A model generated the notes under the pieces. The model was given only the letters and a program-made list of their open reading frames with translations, was not told the origin of the DNA and ran no database searches. DNA of 64,000 nt from Bacteroidota bacterium (GTDB lineage: Bacteria; Bacteroidota; Bacteroidia; Bacteroidales; FEN-979): NCBI GenBank assembly GCA_026391805.1, contig JAPLDJ010000011.1, forward strand, positions 2,219-66,218. Reading direction: 5' to 3'. Below are positions 1 through 9,217 of this stretch, one piece after another; positions within the stretch are counted from its first letter, which is position 1; every line of letters begins with the position of its first letter. The translations under genes and the position numbers were made by a program.

Positions 1-1
1 C

Positions 2-124
2 ACGACCCTGGACCGGGTAATGATAATCCCGGAATTTTTCGGGCTGGGCCTGGCTCCACCCTTGCAGCTGAATAAGATTCAGGAGAAGGGCGACAAGGAT
101 GATGATGGATCTGAATTTTCTCAT
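2..124 (-). CDS. Partial CDS (5' end only) of a secreted protein, running off the window
   Basis: ATG at 124 gives MRKFRSIIILVALLLNLIQLQGWSQAQPEK..., a signal-peptide-like N-terminus that is open to the window edge. Confidence 0.65.
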   Translation of the reverse strand, partial: MRKFRSIIILVALLLNLIQLQGWSQAQPEKFRDYHYPVQGR

Positions 125-129
125 ATGCC

Positions 130-218
130 AAGTGCAAAATCTGAAATGCAAGATGCAAAATGCAAAGTTACAAATTCACCTCACCCCCCGGCCCCCTCTC
201 CTGAAGGCGAGGGGGAGG
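130..218. repeat. TGCAAAA-like heptamer run followed by a CTCACCCC...CCCCTCTCC-n-GAGGGGG hairpin repeat
   Basis: agtgcaaaa..tgcaagatgcaaaatgcaaag, then cctcaccccccggccccctctcctgaaggcgaggggg. Confidence 0.7.
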
Positions 219-281
219 CATTCGTTAAAAACGGGCGCCAGCAGACCAACTATGCATTCCCGCATTCATAATTCCTAATTC

Positions 282-647
282 CTAATTGTGTTTCTTTGCG
301 TCTTTCTTGCAGCACGGCGGCAGTTTGTCGTATGCGGTTTTATCGGCAGGGATTGAATCTGCGTCGTAGCCCAGCTTTGAAATGGCGTTCCGGATCTCGC
401 CGGGTGTTGTTTTTGAAGAATTGTACTTTATCGTGGCGATCTTCGTATCCACGTCCAGCGAAACGTCCTTTATTCCTTTTTCATAAGCCATGCCCTGCTC
501 AATACGGTCTTTGCACATCCCGCATACAGCGGAGGTTTTGATCTTGATCTCTGTGTTTTTTTTATCCTCCGCGAAAGATCCGCTGATGATAAAAGAGACA
601 AGAATTATCGTCAGGAAAAAAACTTTTAAATCGATTTTTGTTTTCAT
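282..647 (-). CDS. Heavy-metal-associated (HMA) domain periplasmic protein
   Basis: Signal peptide, CGMC metal-binding motif and C-terminal YDKLPPCC; start taken at MKTK (647). Confidence 0.88.
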   Translation of the reverse strand: MKTKIDLKVFFLTIILVSFIISGSFAEDKKNTEIKIKTSAVCGMCKDRIEQGMAYEKGIKDVSLDVDTKIATIKYNSSKTTPGEIRNAISKLGYDADSIPADKTAYDKLPPCCKKDAKKHN

Positions 648-702
648 GTTTTTATAAATTAGTTGTTCTTGAATTAATTTTCGTTTATTATCCACCATTT
701 TC

Positions 703-749
703 TTTTTCACCACAGATTACACGGATTACACAGATTAAGGCACAGATTA
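703..749. repeat. 9-bp CACAGATTA tandem repeats (type A, no palindrome insert)
   Basis: ttttcaccacagattacacggattacacagattaaggcacagatt. Confidence 0.85.
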
Positions 750-790
750 TTTACTCACGGTAATTTTATTTTTCAGGGGTGTTCGTGAAG

Positions 791-827
791 GCTTCGCCTT
801 TCGCTTTTCGCCTTTCGCTTTTCGCTA
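791..827 (-). repeat. Heptamer array (AAAGCGA/AAGGCGA on the sense strand) starting at the TonB receptor stop codon
   Basis: gcttcgcctttcgcttttcgcctttcgcttttcgcta. Confidence 0.85.
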
Positions 828-3161
828 CTTAATTGTCAATCTGATTCCTCCATAAATCGTGATACCGGTGACCGGTCCCCAGACCATCGAGGCATCAAAG
901 TGGGTGTGGAAGGGTTTCCAGTATTCAACGATCCGGTTATCCTGGGTAAAATTAGTCAGATTCTCGCCGCCGAGATAGATGTCGAAGATTTTAAATTTCT
1001 TCGTGATCTGTCCCAGCAACTGGAACCAGACTGGAGAATGACCCGGGCGCTGCAGTTTTGCCGGCATCTTTTCTGAATCCGGGATCCTGGCAGGACCGTT
1101 CAGCTGGCCGGTCAGGTCGAATTTCCATTTCTCGAACTTCGTGGCATAGGAAAGTGTAAGCAGGCCCTTGTAAAGATTGACAAATGCTTTTTCACGCAAA
1201 ACTCCCCCTTCCGTTACATGCACATCATTGACCCTGAAGGCTGCCGTAATCGTGAACCTTGTCGCCGGTTCCAGGATAAACTGCGCCTGGATGCTGTTGG
1301 CATAAGACTGGCCGTGGAGGTTGGAGAAGAAGACTGCTGTCGGCAGACTGTCAGCATCTACCACCACCTGGTTGAAGAAGCTGGTGCGGTAGGCATCGAT
1401 GTCGAATGTCGCCTTGTGATGGAAGAGTTTGAACTCCTTCGTGAAATTCAGACCAAAATTAACCGCCTCTTCCTGTTTCAGCTTTTCGCTGAAGACCAGG
1501 GAGCGCTGGCTGATGAAAAATGCACTGTTCTCTGCGAGTACATTGGCTGTGCGGTATCCCATCCCGATCGAACCTCTAAGGAAAGTCGTCTCGTTGAACT
1601 TATACCGGAGATGGAGGCGCGGCATGGCAAAGAATCCCCAGAGGTTATCATAATCTCCTCTCAGCCCAACGATCATCGTGAATTTATCTTTCAGTTTCAG
1701 CGTATACTCAAAAAAGGCCCCGGGGACCCATTCTGTCCGGTTCATATCAAACTGAACGTATTTTGAACCTACCAGTGTGAAGAGATCCCTGTCCGTGCTG
1801 CCGCCATTGACCTGGTAAAGGTAAGTCAGCGAATCCTGATCGAAATTCTCAACGAAATCATCCAGGAGATAACTCAGGCCTGCTGCGATCTTATGAGTGT
1901 TGTTCTTCATCGAGGTATTGAAGATGAGATTGGCATAGAGGCTCCGCTCATGACCGTAATACTTGTTCAACCCGTAGTATCCTGTTTGTTCGTGATTGAC
2001 ACCCGACAGAATGAGACCGATACTGGCCTGCGGGTGGTTCTGCAGGAAGAAGCCATTTTTCCAGAATCCTTCCAGGCGTTTTGTATGGATGTCGAACCCA
2101 TATTTTTTTGTATCGTTCGTGATCCCGGTCGTATCAAAATTCATGGTTTCCTTGTCGAAATCCATTTGTCCGCCCGTACGGGTCTCATCCAGGTATTTGA
2201 TCCCCAGCTTGGAAACCATCTTTCCGGGGTTGATGTAATCCCAGCGGTTAAAGATGTTGTATGTCATCAGTTTGGGAAGATCCATGAAACCGTCACTGTT
2301 CCTGTCGAACTTGTTTGCGAACTGGTCGCCATGGATCATCAGCATGGTGCTGAATTTGTCGTTCAGCTTAATGGAGCCGTTGAAGTTCTCCTCCACCCTG
2401 AGGTTGCTGTTCATATACAGGTTCATATAGAACTTGTCGCTGTTTTCCGGTTTCTTGTATTCAACGTTGATCTGGCCGGTGGTCGATTCGTACCCGTTCA
2501 CCACAGAAGCCGTACCCTTTGAGATCTGGATCGATTCCATCCATGGACCCGGGATGTAGTTCAGCCCGTAGCTGCTGGCAAGGCCGCGGATGAGGGGGAT
2601 GTTCTCTGTCATGATCTGGCTGTAGATGCCCGAAAGTCCCAGCAACTGGATCTGCTTTGCGCCCGTAACGGCATCGCTGTAAGAGACATCGACCGATGCA
2701 TTGGTTTCAAAACTTTCTGCCAGGTTGCAGCAGGCGGCCCGCTGCAGCTCCCCGATGTTGATCACCTGTGTTTGCCGGGCGTTCAGTTTTGAGATGAGTG
2801 AATTGTCCTGCTTCTCCTTTATCTCCACCGTTTGAAGCTCGGTTTTGACCGGATGCATTTCAATGTCGAGATGGGCTACGTTGGCAGTGACCATCAGCGT
2901 ATCCTGCCGGTATCCCAGGAACCGGACCACGATCCGGCGGTCCCGGATCCCCTGCATGGAAAGCTGGAATTTCCCCGCATTGTCACTGACCGTTCCCTTC
3001 GTGGTCTTTACCCACTGAACGGTCACACCGGGAAGCGGTGATTTTGAATTTTCATCCTGTTTCTCAAATATGAAGCCCGAAATCGTTTGTGAAAAACCCC
3101 GGGAAGCAATAAGAAGCAGGAATAGGAATATTCCGAAAAAATATTTTTTGCTGTAGTGCAT
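825..3161 (-). CDS. TonB-dependent receptor, probably metal-related
   Basis: CarboxypepD-like N-domain, plug with AACCNLAESFETNASVDV, beta-barrel C-terminus; lies between HYC_CC_PP and HMA genes. Confidence 0.9.
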   Translation of the reverse strand: MHYSKKYFFGIFLFLLLIASRGFSQTISGFIFEKQDENSKSPLPGVTVQWVKTTKGTVSDNAGKFQLSMQGIRDRRIVVRFLGYRQDTLMVTANVAHLDIEMHPVKTELQTVEIKEKQDNSLISKLNARQTQVINIGELQRAACCNLAESFETNASVDVSYSDAVTGAKQIQLLGLSGIYSQIMTENIPLIRGLASSYGLNYIPGPWMESIQISKGTASVVNGYESTTGQINVEYKKPENSDKFYMNLYMNSNLRVEENFNGSIKLNDKFSTMLMIHGDQFANKFDRNSDGFMDLPKLMTYNIFNRWDYINPGKMVSKLGIKYLDETRTGGQMDFDKETMNFDTTGITNDTKKYGFDIHTKRLEGFWKNGFFLQNHPQASIGLILSGVNHEQTGYYGLNKYYGHERSLYANLIFNTSMKNNTHKIAAGLSYLLDDFVENFDQDSLTYLYQVNGGSTDRDLFTLVGSKYVQFDMNRTEWVPGAFFEYTLKLKDKFTMIVGLRGDYDNLWGFFAMPRLHLRYKFNETTFLRGSIGMGYRTANVLAENSAFFISQRSLVFSEKLKQEEAVNFGLNFTKEFKLFHHKATFDIDAYRTSFFNQVVVDADSLPTAVFFSNLHGQSYANSIQAQFILEPATRFTITAAFRVNDVHVTEGGVLREKAFVNLYKGLLTLSYATKFEKWKFDLTGQLNGPARIPDSEKMPAKLQRPGHSPVWFQLLGQITKKFKIFDIYLGGENLTNFTQDNRIVEYWKPFHTHFDASMVWGPVTGITIYGGIRLTIK

Positions 3162-3247
3162 GATTTCCTGTTATTGGAATGAATGATTTGAATGCTGAGC
3201 GGAAACAGTCCTCCCGTGAGGAAAAATTTCCCAAGAAATTGTTCAAA

Positions 3248-3715
3248 TCAACAAACAGGAGCGGGTATCCTGATCTGGTGGAGAAAATGGACCAGGCGTA
3301 TGCCGGATAAGGGTGGTGGTGAATGATCGAGGAACGGTATGAAGGAGGCCTTTGAATCCAGCACCTGCTCACTTCGGAGAAGTGCAAAGTCAGGGAAAAG
3401 GGTGATCCCTGTTTCAGGAATCGTGATCTTTTCCAAGACTGGTAAGGCCGTGAATGACGCTTTTACAAAAAGATGCGAGATCCTGCAGCAATCATCATCG
3501 TTGAATTCAGAGCCTGAAGAAGCCGGCATTCTTTCAGAGGGGTTTTCTTCACAGCAGCAGGCCATCTGCTGATGAAATATTTCCCGGAAAACAAAAACAT
3601 CTTTCTTATGGGTGCTTCCGCAGGTATGGACAAAAAAGGAGATCCCCGTATTCCCGGCAAGAAAAAACAGTAACAGAATCAAGACTGATGCGGTATGAAG
3701 GATTTTTGACAACAT
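3248..3715 (-). CDS. HYC_CC_PP-like protein
   Basis: HTC, CCC, DCC and HSPPP motifs; upstream of the TonB receptor; start uncertain. Confidence 0.75.
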   Translation of the reverse strand: MLSKILHTASVLILLLFFLAGNTGISFFVHTCGSTHKKDVFVFREIFHQQMACCCEENPSERMPASSGSEFNDDDCCRISHLFVKASFTALPVLEKITIPETGITLFPDFALLRSEQVLDSKASFIPFLDHSPPPLSGIRLVHFLHQIRIPAPVC

Positions 3716-3952
3716 AGAAAGAATAATCTCCTTTTTCAACATACAAAAATACGACAATATCACATATAAGATACTGCATATTAAAAATATCTTCCGGAGG
3801 TGATCCTTAAAATTGCCCGGCTGAGTTCTTCTTGCCTGTAAATCAGCGCATCACTTTATATTGTTAAAAATTCAAAAATTATGGATTAAAAGAAAATATC
3901 AAATGGTTTTTCCATTAATTTTGTTCCAAACTGTCAACTTAAATCCTGTTCC

Positions 3953-6900
3953 ATGAAAAAAATCTCCCTTGCATTATTTTTAGGAATTCTAAGTATTGCA
4001 GCCTTTTCGCAGAGCAATTCTGAAAAGATTATTCTTCCCCCGAATTACCAGCCCGACACCCGTATCGATAATATGGGGTACTGGTCCAAGATGGCCGAAA
4101 TGGGCCTTGTTCCTGTTCAGCCGATGTACAAACCCGCACCAGCCACTTTCACAGGCACAAAGGTGTTCAACAACAAAGGCATCCTGATCAGTGACTCCCC
4201 GGATGTTCCTGTCACGACAAATGTGAACACGGAAAGTGAAAATTCCATTGTGGTTGACATGGCAAATGATGAACATGTCCTGAACTCGAACAATTCAACG
4301 CCACAGCCCAGCCCCGGAAGCACATACGGTGCCGACTGGTACCATTCCATGGACGGAGCCGCAACATGGAGCGGAACCTACCAGGGTGCAGGTGCAAACA
4401 ATTCCGGCGACCCTGTTGCCCTCATCAATTACACCGGCAGGTATTTTGTCGGTTATATTGATGCTGCCTACGGCCAGAGTGTAGCCTATTCTGACAACCA
4501 GGGAACGTCCTGGACAGTGGCAAAGGTTGCGAACGGCAGCATGTTCAATATGTTGGACAAAAACCATTTATGGGTGGATAACAGCGCAGCCAGCCCATAC
4601 AAAGGATATCTTTATGATGGCTGGATGCAAAACAACCAGATCACCATTTCCAGGTCCATCACGAATGGTGCCTCCTGGGAGCCAAGTTTTTCCATCAGCG
4701 CCGGGACGGCTGCCGGCAGTCACAACCAGGGAGAGAATTTCAAGACCGGTCCCGACGGCGAAGCATATTGTGCATGGTCGGTATACGACAGCTGGCCTTC
4801 CAATGAAAAAGCCATCGGCTTTTCCAAATCCCTTGATGGTGGAGTCACCTGGAGTACAGCAACGCGGATCATCAACAATTTAAAGGGTATCCGGACCGCC
4901 GGCGTGAGCCAGAACATGCGTGTCAATTCATTCCCTTCCATGGCCTGCGACATCAGCAACAGTCCTCACCGGGGCAACCTCTACATTGTCTGGTCGAACA
5001 TTGGCGTTCCGGGCGTAAACAGCGGCACAACTGCAGATGTCTACATGATCAAGTCAACCGACAAGGGCGCCACCTGGTCAACTCCGATCAGGATCAACCA
5101 GAATGCACCCGACAGCAAGAATCATTACCTGCCATGGATCGCCTGCGACCCGGCCAACGGATACCTCAGCGTGGTGTTTTACGACGGAAGGAATGTCCCT
5201 TCAAACCAGGCCGAAGCCTTTGTGGCTTATTCCACCGATGGCGGTGATACCTGGGAGGACATGAAGGTGAGTGATGTTGCCTTTACTCCCGCCCCCATCG
5301 CCAACATGGCGACCGGGTACATGGGAGATTACCTTGCCATCGATGCCTATAACGGTAAAGTATATCCCTGCTGGACAGATAACCGCCTTGGCTACTGCAT
5401 GGCCTATGTATCACCTTTAACCCTTATTGTTCCCATGGGTTTCGTTGGTGTTACCGCCAACATCCTGAATGATACCACCTATGGAAACGCAAACGGCAAG
5501 ATGGATTACAATGAAACCGAATTGCTCGGACTCACCATGCAGAATACCGGTACGGCTCAAGCCGACAGCGTCACTGTTACGGTCACCGCGCTTTCACCTT
5601 ACATCACGATGGAAGACAGCACTGAATTCTATGGAGACTTTTTGATCGGACAGTCGAAGACACTTCGTAATGTCTTTAAATTCCATGTTGCCGACTCCAT
5701 ACCTCACGGACTGAATGTAACGTTCCAGGTAAGCGCAAGGGATAAGATCGACACTGTCTGGACAACTTCCTTCATCCTTACGTCACATGCACCTGCCGTA
5801 ACCATTATTTCAAAAAGCATCAGTGACCCGGCACCGGGCGGAAACGGAAACGGACGCCTTGATCCGGGAGAGACCGTCACCCTGAATATGCTGACACAAA
5901 ATACCGGTGACTATGATGCCGTGAATGCCATCAGCGACCTTTTCAGGAACAACCCCTATGTCACCATTACCAATCCCAGCCAGAACCTGGGTACGCTGAT
6001 ACCGGGACAGTCGGTAACCGTACCGTTCAACCTTATTGTTGATCCCACCGCTGCAATCGGTTCCGCCGTCGGTTTCATGAACTATGCCCATGCCGTGACA
6101 CAGCATGACACGAAGATCTGGACAGAGAAGATAGGGCTGATCGTTGAAGACTGGGAGACCGGAGACTTCTCAAAATTCGCATGGCAATTCCCGGATGTTC
6201 CCTGGACGATCTGCGATTCGTTACCCTGGGAAAAACTGTATTGTGCACAATCAGGTCATCTCACAACAACAGGGTCAACATCAGGATTAACATTACAGTA
6301 CAACGTTTTGTACGATGACAGCATTTCATTCCACAGGAGAATACGGTCACAGCCACTGGTCGACAGGATGAAATTCTACATCGACGGAGCGATGGTAGGA
6401 CAATGGACAGGCCAGCAACCAGACTGGGGCTACAGCGCATTTCCGGTACTTGCAGGACCTCATACCTTCAAATGGGAATTCATCAAGAGTGATAACCTTC
6501 CAACCAATAATTTTGCAAGCTGGACCGATTTCATTGTTTTCCCGCCGGAATACAGGACTACTGTGAACGCCGGGGGAAATGCCGCGACCTGTGCCGGATC
6601 GTCATACCAGTGCAACGGAATGGCTCTTGCCTATGATTCACTGTTATGGACCACAACCGGAACCGGAATCTTCAGCGATACGAAGATCCTTAACCCGACC
6701 TATACACCGAGTCCCGGCGACATCACTGCAGGAGTTGTCGATCTCACCCTGCATGCCTACAGCGCACTCGGACATGATACCACCAATACCATGACGCTGA
6801 CCATCGCCCAACCTCCGGTTGGGAATGCCGGCGGAGCACAGGATGTTTGTGTAAATGCTGCATATACCGCTTCAGCCGCCACTGCATCCAATTACGATGT

Positions 6901-7591
6901 GATTGCCTGGACGACAAGCGGGGACGGAACATTTAACGATGCCACCATCCTTCACCCTGTCTATACTCCGGGGGCAAACGATCTGCTGAACGGAAATGCA
7001 TACCTGAAAATGTCGCTGACCCCGCTGGCAAGCGGTTGCCCGGTGACTGCCGACAGCCTGCTGCTGACCATCAATGCACTTCCTCTTGTAAAACTCGGGA
7101 ACGACACCGCGATCTGTGCCGACAAGCACATCGTTCTTGACCCGAAAGTGACGGACGGCGTGAGTTACGTGTGGCATCCATCAGGAGCAACCACTTCAAC
7201 GCTTACGGTTGATTCAACCGGGACAGGACTGCATGTTGCCACCATTTCCGTCGACGTGACCAATTCCAAAACCTGTGTAGGATCAGGAACCATCCACATC
7301 ACATTCAAGAACTGCGCCGGTATCGGAGAGCTGCAGAATGTGACCTTCCGGATGTACCCGAACCCGAACAACGGTATCTTCACCATCGAGTTCAATGCAA
7401 TGCAGAAAAAGACGATCTCCATCGATGTCCTGAATAATTCAGGCGTCAATGTCTTCTCCTTAAGCAATGTTGAAGTCTCAGGATTTGTTTCGAAAAAGAT
7501 GGACCTTGGTACGCTGCCGGATGGCGCATACCTGGTAAGGGTTTCTTCCGGGAATGAAGCAACGCTGAGAAAAATTGTGATTAAGAAATAG
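3953..7591 (+). CDS. T9SS-secreted multidomain protein (Asp-box/BNR beta-propeller, Ig-like repeats, type A CTD)
   Basis: Six SxDxGxTW-type boxes, two GN(A/G)NG.(M/L)D..ET repeats, two WTT.G.G.F...P.YTP repeats, and a YPNPNNG...GAYLVRV...KIVIK CTD. Confidence 0.88.
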   Translation: MKKISLALFLGILSIAAFSQSNSEKIILPPNYQPDTRIDNMGYWSKMAEMGLVPVQPMYKPAPATFTGTKVFNNKGILISDSPDVPVTTNVNTESENSIVVDMANDEHVLNSNNSTPQPSPGSTYGADWYHSMDGAATWSGTYQGAGANNSGDPVALINYTGRYFVGYIDAAYGQSVAYSDNQGTSWTVAKVANGSMFNMLDKNHLWVDNSAASPYKGYLYDGWMQNNQITISRSITNGASWEPSFSISAGTAAGSHNQGENFKTGPDGEAYCAWSVYDSWPSNEKAIGFSKSLDGGVTWSTATRIINNLKGIRTAGVSQNMRVNSFPSMACDISNSPHRGNLYIVWSNIGVPGVNSGTTADVYMIKSTDKGATWSTPIRINQNAPDSKNHYLPWIACDPANGYLSVVFYDGRNVPSNQAEAFVAYSTDGGDTWEDMKVSDVAFTPAPIANMATGYMGDYLAIDAYNGKVYPCWTDNRLGYCMAYVSPLTLIVPMGFVGVTANILNDTTYGNANGKMDYNETELLGLTMQNTGTAQADSVTVTVTALSPYITMEDSTEFYGDFLIGQSKTLRNVFKFHVADSIPHGLNVTFQVSARDKIDTVWTTSFILTSHAPAVTIISKSISDPAPGGNGNGRLDPGETVTLNMLTQNTGDYDAVNAISDLFRNNPYVTITNPSQNLGTLIPGQSVTVPFNLIVDPTAAIGSAVGFMNYAHAVTQHDTKIWTEKIGLIVEDWETGDFSKFAWQFPDVPWTICDSLPWEKLYCAQSGHLTTTGSTSGLTLQYNVLYDDSISFHRRIRSQPLVDRMKFYIDGAMVGQWTGQQPDWGYSAFPVLAGPHTFKWEFIKSDNLPTNNFASWTDFIVFPPEYRTTVNAGGNAATCAGSSYQCNGMALAYDSLLWTTTGTGIFSDTKILNPTYTPSPGDITAGVVDLTLHAYSALGHDTTNTMTLTIAQPPVGNAGGAQDVCVNAAYTASAATASNYDVIAWTTSGDGTFNDATILHPVYTPGANDLLNGNAYLKMSLTPLASGCPVTADSLLLTINALPLVKLGNDTAICADKHIVLDPKVTDGVSYVWHPSGATTSTLTVDSTGTGLHVATISVDVTNSKTCVGSGTIHITFKNCAGIGELQNVTFRMYPNPNNGIFTIEFNAMQKKTISIDVLNNSGVNVFSLSNVEVSGFVSKKMDLGTLPDGAYLVRVSSGNEATLRKIVIKK

Positions 7592-7615
7592 AGTTTTTTC
7601 CAACTTCCCATAGTC

Positions 7616-7650
7616 AGAAGCCGTTTCAGCAATGAAGCGGCTTCTTTCAT
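7616..7650 (+). terminator. Rho-independent terminator
   Basis: AGAAGCCGTTTCA-GCAA-TGAAGCGGCTTCT followed by T-rich bases, just after the CDS. Confidence 0.8.
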
Positions 7651-7695
7651 TTGCCACAAAGACAGGGAATCTTCCAATAAACTCACCCCCTCAAT

Positions 7696-7866
7696 GGGGT
7701 TGACTAAAAAGAAAAAGTATGCTGAATATTATCCTTTGTGCGACTTTGTGTGTACCTGCCTGCCGGTAGGCAGGCTTCGTGTCCTTTGTGGTTCAATCAC
7801 TTAATATTTAACTACAAAGGCCACAAAGGGCTTCACAAAGGCGAATAAGTATTTTTTGTCAGCCCC
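7696..7866 (+). mobile_element. MITE-like element, copy 1 (171 bp)
   Basis: Terminal IRs GGGGTTGACTAAAA / TTTTTGTCAGCCCC; near-identical inverted copy at 17988-18109. Confidence 0.75.
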
Positions 7867-7948
7867 AAGCCGAAGGCTGGGGTGAGTTCATTAAAATGAA
7901 CCGCAGATGATCTATCTTTGATGCAGTAAAATAACTTCCCTTAATTCC

Positions 7949-9217
7949 ATGAATGAATACGATGTCATCGTTGTAGGTGCCGGTGCCGCAGGATTAATCG
8001 CTGCCGGCAGGGCTGCCGAACTTGGGGGAAAGGTCCTTCTGCTCGAGAAGATGGAACGTGCAGGCCGAAAACTCCTGATCACCGGGAAAGGCCGCTGCAA
8101 CATCACCAACGATGCACCGCAAAGCGAATTTTATGATCACATCTACCCGAATGCCCGGTTCCTGAAACATGCATTCGGCACCTTTTTCTCCCATGATATT
8201 ATCAGTTTGCTTGAAAAGAACGGCCTGGAAACCGTTGTGGAACGCGGGGGAAGGGTATTTCCGGCAACAAACAGCTCGGCCGATGTGGTGAATGCCTTAC
8301 TAAAATGGGTGAATTCATCTCATGTTGAGATCAGGTACGGGCAGAAGGTAGATCGCCTTATTCTTGCCGACGGAGAGGCGAAAGGGATTGATGTTGATTT
8401 CGGTGGCAGGCATTCTGATATTCTGGCGAAGAAGATCATCATCTGCACCGGGGGATGTTCATACCCGGCCACCGGATCCACCGGCGACGGTCACCGGATG
8501 GCAGCCAAAGCAGGTCATTCGGTCGAAACACCACGGCCTGCTCTCGTTCCTGTTGAAACAGAAGGAAAGCTTGCACAGCGACTCCAGGGGCTGAGCCTGA
8601 AGAATGTGAGAGCTGTGGTATGGGTGAACGGAAAGAAGCTGAAGGATGAATTCGGTGAAATGCTTTTTACTCACTTCGGACTTACAGGCCCCATTATTCT
8701 TAGCCTTAGCCGGTTTGTTGTGGACGAACTGATGAAGAAAAATTTTGTGGAAATTTCTGTCGACCTGAAACCCGCGCTGGATGAGGTCAAACTCGACAAA
8801 CGGCTGCTCCGCGACCTGGATGAGAACGGCAAACGGAAGCTGGAAAATATTTTCAGGCTCTGGCTCCCCTCCTCCATGATCCCGGTATTCCTTGAAGAAC
8901 TGGGCATCGACGGGCAAAAGGAAGGACACCAGGTGAACGGGAAAGAACGGAGAAAGATCATGCTTATGATGAAGAACCTCCGGTTCAGGGTCAGCGGTTA
9001 CCGTTCGTTCAAAGAGGCGATCATTACTGCCGGCGGTATTCCCACCAGCGAGATCGATTCAAAGACGATGGAGTCGAAAGTTGTTAAGAACCTTTATTTT
9101 GCGGGAGAAGTGATCGACCTCGACGCCGATACCGGCGGGTTCAACCTCCAGATCGCATTCTCGACTGCATGGCTGGCAGCACAATCCTGTATGAGGCAGG
9201 ATGATGTTACTTCCTGA
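7949..9217 (+). CDS. HI0933/BaiN-family flavoprotein (NAD(P)/FAD-dependent oxidoreductase)
   Basis: GAGAAG, GRKLLITGKGRCNITN, GEMLFTHFGLTGP, DADTGGFNLQ. Confidence 0.93.
   Translation: MNEYDVIVVGAGAAGLIAAGRAAELGGKVLLLEKMERAGRKLLITGKGRCNITNDAPQSEFYDHIYPNARFLKHAFGTFFSHDIISLLEKNGLETVVERGGRVFPATNSSADVVNALLKWVNSSHVEIRYGQKVDRLILADGEAKGIDVDFGGRHSDILAKKIIICTGGCSYPATGSTGDGHRMAAKAGHSVETPRPALVPVETEGKLAQRLQGLSLKNVRAVVWVNGKKLKDEFGEMLFTHFGLTGPIILSLSRFVVDELMKKNFVEISVDLKPALDEVKLDKRLLRDLDENGKRKLENIFRLWLPSSMIPVFLEELGIDGQKEGHQVNGKERRKIMLMMKNLRFRVSGYRSFKEAIITAGGIPTSEIDSKTMESKVVKNLYFAGEVIDLDADTGGFNLQIAFSTAWLAAQSCMRQDDVTS

Noticed and set aside
20-271. 83-aa ORF containing PHPPAPSPEGEGE
   Set aside because: Translation of repeat DNA, antisense to a better signal-peptide CDS.
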